Positions 61,654 through 64,000 of a stretch of 64,000 nucleotides of DNA are shown here, piece by piece (the stretch's first letter is position 1; the number at the start of each line of letters is the position of its first letter). Origin of the DNA: a bacterium (GTDB lineage Bacteria; Patescibacteriota; Saccharimonadia; Saccharimonadales; UBA4665); contig JAJYZG010000001.1 of the NCBI GenBank assembly GCA_021800155.1, positions 9,583 through 73,582 of the forward strand. The letters are read 5' to 3'. The position numbers and the translations under genes were made by a program. The notes below the pieces were generated by a model. That model saw only the letters and a program-made list of their open reading frames with translations, was not told the DNA's origin and did no database searches.

Positions 61654-61947
61654 ATGAGCAGGATTGACCAAGCTAAGATGCTAATGAAAGTTAAAAAGAT
61701 TCAAAAAGAACTGGAAAAGGAAGTTATTCGGATCGAGAAAAACAACGGTGCCGTAGCAGTTGAAATTACCGGTGAACAAAAAATTAAAAAGATCCATATA
61801 GATCCAAAACAAATCGATTTAGAAGATATTAGCCAGCTTGAACGCAACTTAGAAGATGCCGTTAGAGAAGCAATTAATACTAGTCAACGACTGGCAGCAG
61901 AAAAAATGCAGCCAATGATGGGCAGCTTGGGCAGCTTAGGCTTATGA
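61654..61947 (+). CDS. ybaB: YbaB/EbfC nucleoid-associated protein
   Basis: GAVAVEITGEQKI...IDP; directly upstream of recR. Confidence 0.92.
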   Translation: MSRIDQAKMLMKVKKIQKELEKEVIRIEKNNGAVAVEITGEQKIKKIHIDPKQIDLEDISQLERNLEDAVREAINTSQRLAAEKMQPMMGSLGSLGL

Positions 61948-61966
61948 AGGATCCAAATCTTTGCTT

Positions 61967-62590
61967 ATGAGCGTACTACCTCCAGCACTAACTGATCTTA
62001 TCGAAACCTTCAATGTATTACCTGGCGTAGGCCCAAGGACTGCCGAACGTTATGCCTATTGGTTCGTGCGACACGATCCAAAGGCCGGCTTGAAGCTTGC
62101 AGCCGCTTTGAACGCGCTGCCTCAAGGAATTACGTATTGCAATCGAACCTATGCATTAATTCCGGCGGGCCAAAAACTATCTGATCTTTACACCAACCCT
62201 AAAAGAGATAAAACATTAGTTGCAGTAGTGGCTGAACCCTTCGATATTGTCGCGATCGAAAAAACTGGTTTATTTAACGGCACATACCACGTGCTCGGTG
62301 GACTTGTGTCGCCAATCGATGGAGTTACTCCCGAACAGCTACATATCCAAGAACTGGTAAAGCGGATCGATGAAGACAAGGTCAAGGAAATAATACTGGC
62401 AACCAATGCCAGCGTAGAAGGCGAATCTACGGCACTGTATATTCAACAGCGTCTTGGCAATAGAAATGTAAAGCTTACGCGGTTAGCTCGCGGATTACCC
62501 GTTGGTGTCGATTTGGAATACGCCGATCAAATAACCCTAGGACGAGCAATTGAGCATCGCCAATCACTCAACCTTAAACCACAAGAATGA
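61967..62590 (+). CDS. recR: Recombination mediator RecR (degenerate Zn finger)
   Basis: LPGVGPRTAER, YHVLGG, EGESTALY, LEYAD. Confidence 0.97.
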   Translation: MSVLPPALTDLIETFNVLPGVGPRTAERYAYWFVRHDPKAGLKLAAALNALPQGITYCNRTYALIPAGQKLSDLYTNPKRDKTLVAVVAEPFDIVAIEKTGLFNGTYHVLGGLVSPIDGVTPEQLHIQELVKRIDEDKVKEIILATNASVEGESTALYIQQRLGNRNVKLTRLARGLPVGVDLEYADQITLGRAIEHRQSLNLKPQE

Positions 62591-63591
62591 CTTACCCCGA
62601 AGCTGCACTAATTAACCAAACGTTTGAGTCCGCCAGTAAAATTATTATAGCCCAGCCAGACAACCCAGATGGTGACAGTATGGGTAGCGCCATAGCACTT
62701 GAGCAAATACTAATGCTACAAGGAAAAGAAACTGAATTGGTCTGCGGCGTGAATATACCTAACTATTTGTCATATCTAGACGGATGGGATCGTGTAGCTA
62801 ATGATCTGCAGTCAAAGTTTGAGCTGATGATTCTCGTGGACACGTCTGCGCTTCATTTAGTTGAGCACTTAACTAAACAGCACGGACAGTTTAAGCCCGG
62901 TGCACTGCCGTTAGTTATCATCGATCATCACAGAAGCGAGCCATCTATTAACTATGCGCAACTACGCCTAAACGATCCGGACGCGGCGGCGACTGCCGAA
63001 GTAATTTACTACCTCGCAAAACAACTAAAATGGGAGCTGAATCCGCTTGCTAGAGATTCGTTAGCCGCTGCCATTCTCTCAGATACCCTTGGATTAACCA
63101 CCAGTAGCACTCGTGCTGAAACTGTCTTCGCCATCGCCGAACTAGTCAGGGAAGGAGTATCACTCTCGCAACTCGAAAATGCTCGTCGCGATATGATGCG
63201 TAAAACGGCCGAGTTAGTACATTACAAAGGTGAACTGCTTCAACGAATCGAATATTACGATGAGGATCGGATTGCACTGCTCAGTATACCTTGGCCAGAG
63301 ATTGAACATTATAGCCCAATCTATAACCCGTCCATGTTAGCACTTGACGACATGCGCTTAACCACCAATACTGTAGTCGCGGTTGCGCTTAAGCTCTATC
63401 CTGACAATAAGATTACCGGCAAAATCAGAACCAATCACGGCTATCCGATAGCTGCTAAGCTTGCCGAAGTATTCGGTGGAGGCGGTCACGACTATGCCAG
63501 TGGATTCAAGCTTATTGACGTGCACGATATAGAGCAATTAAAAAACGATATTATTACTCACGCCAAGGATTTAATCAATGAAATTGTATAA
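62587..63591 (+). CDS. DHH/DHHA1 phosphoesterase (NrnA-like)
   Basis: PDGDSMGS, VDTS, IIDHH, SDT, GGGGHDYASG. Confidence 0.9.
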   Translation: MTYPEAALINQTFESASKIIIAQPDNPDGDSMGSAIALEQILMLQGKETELVCGVNIPNYLSYLDGWDRVANDLQSKFELMILVDTSALHLVEHLTKQHGQFKPGALPLVIIDHHRSEPSINYAQLRLNDPDAAATAEVIYYLAKQLKWELNPLARDSLAAAILSDTLGLTTSSTRAETVFAIAELVREGVSLSQLENARRDMMRKTAELVHYKGELLQRIEYYDEDRIALLSIPWPEIEHYSPIYNPSMLALDDMRLTTNTVVAVALKLYPDNKITGKIRTNHGYPIAAKLAEVFGGGGHDYASGFKLIDVHDIEQLKNDIITHAKDLINEIV

Positions 63592-64000
63592 CACGTTAAC
63601 TCGTCAAATCACCGAACTTAAACCCCAAAACCCCCCTGAAGTAAAGCTATACACCTGTGGACCAACTGTTTACGACTATATGCATATTGGCAACTGGTTC
63701 ACCTTTATCCGTTATGACACACTGGTGCGTACACTGATAGCTGTTGGATTTAAACCAACTTGGGTAATGAATATTACCGATGTCGGTCACTTGACATCAG
63801 ATGCCGACACGGGAGAAGACAAGCTCGCAGCTAAAGCCGTGCGCGAAGGAAAAACCGCTTGGGAGATTGCTGACTTTTACACGAAGTATTTTGAGCAGGG
63901 CTTGAGACGACTGAATTTCATAATACCGGCGGTTATGCCAAAGGCCACCGAAAACATACCCGAACAGATCAATTTTATTAAAAGCCTTGAGACCAAAGGT
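63578..64000 (+). CDS. cysS: Cysteine--tRNA ligase, N-terminal part (truncated by window edge)
   Basis: Hand translation MKLYNTLTR...YTCGPTVYDYMHIGN...MNITDVGHLTSDADTGEDK. Confidence 0.96.
   Translation, partial: MKLYNTLTRQITELKPQNPPEVKLYTCGPTVYDYMHIGNWFTFIRYDTLVRTLIAVGFKPTWVMNITDVGHLTSDADTGEDKLAAKAVREGKTAWEIADFYTKYFEQGLRRLNFIIPAVMPKATENIPEQINFIKSLETKG

Noticed and set aside
330..62406. Many short antisense or alternate-frame ORFs inside core genes (e.g. 15186-15668, 29421-29903, 46486-46926, 55430-56008)
   Set aside because: Shadows of conserved genes with no motifs or initiation signals.
1..64000. Stop-codon reassignment (code 25 or TAG recoding)
   Set aside because: TGA and TAG end conserved genes at expected positions (rpoC, ybaB, tig, rpsJ, nusG), and no suppressor anticodon is seen among the four tRNAs.

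Overview
Core housekeeping region of a small-genome bacterium, most likely Patescibacteria/CPR (Saccharibacteria-like). This placement is inferred from the missing rpmD, the gene order and protein divergence. Genetic code 11 fits (TGA stops, tRNA-Trp CCA). Gene order: hisS (3' part), tig-clpP, rpoB-rpoC, an str operon split by an orphan gene and an IS remnant, the S10/spc/alpha ribosomal clusters, rplM-rpsI, trpS-rluA-holB-TPR, four tRNAs, rpmG, a GT4-GH57-GH15 alpha-glucan cluster, secE-nusG-rplK-rplA, dcd plus a tmk-thyX fusion, an IS graveyard with two membrane genes, rplJ-rplL, dnaX-dnaB-ybaB-recR-DHH and the 5' part of cysS. Most notable observations: (1) EF-G with rewritten guanine-specificity motifs; (2) RNA polymerase with a rewritten trigger loop and an altered beta active-site segment; (3) loss of structural zinc-finger cysteines across eight proteins; (4) an unclassified terminator/antiterminator RNA switch upstream of a 72-aa orphan; (5) a leader terminator before secE-nusG; (6) a perfect DnaA box at the promoter of a conserved unknown gene; (7) a candidate structured ncRNA before dnaX. 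All calls come from reading motifs by eye; no searches were run.
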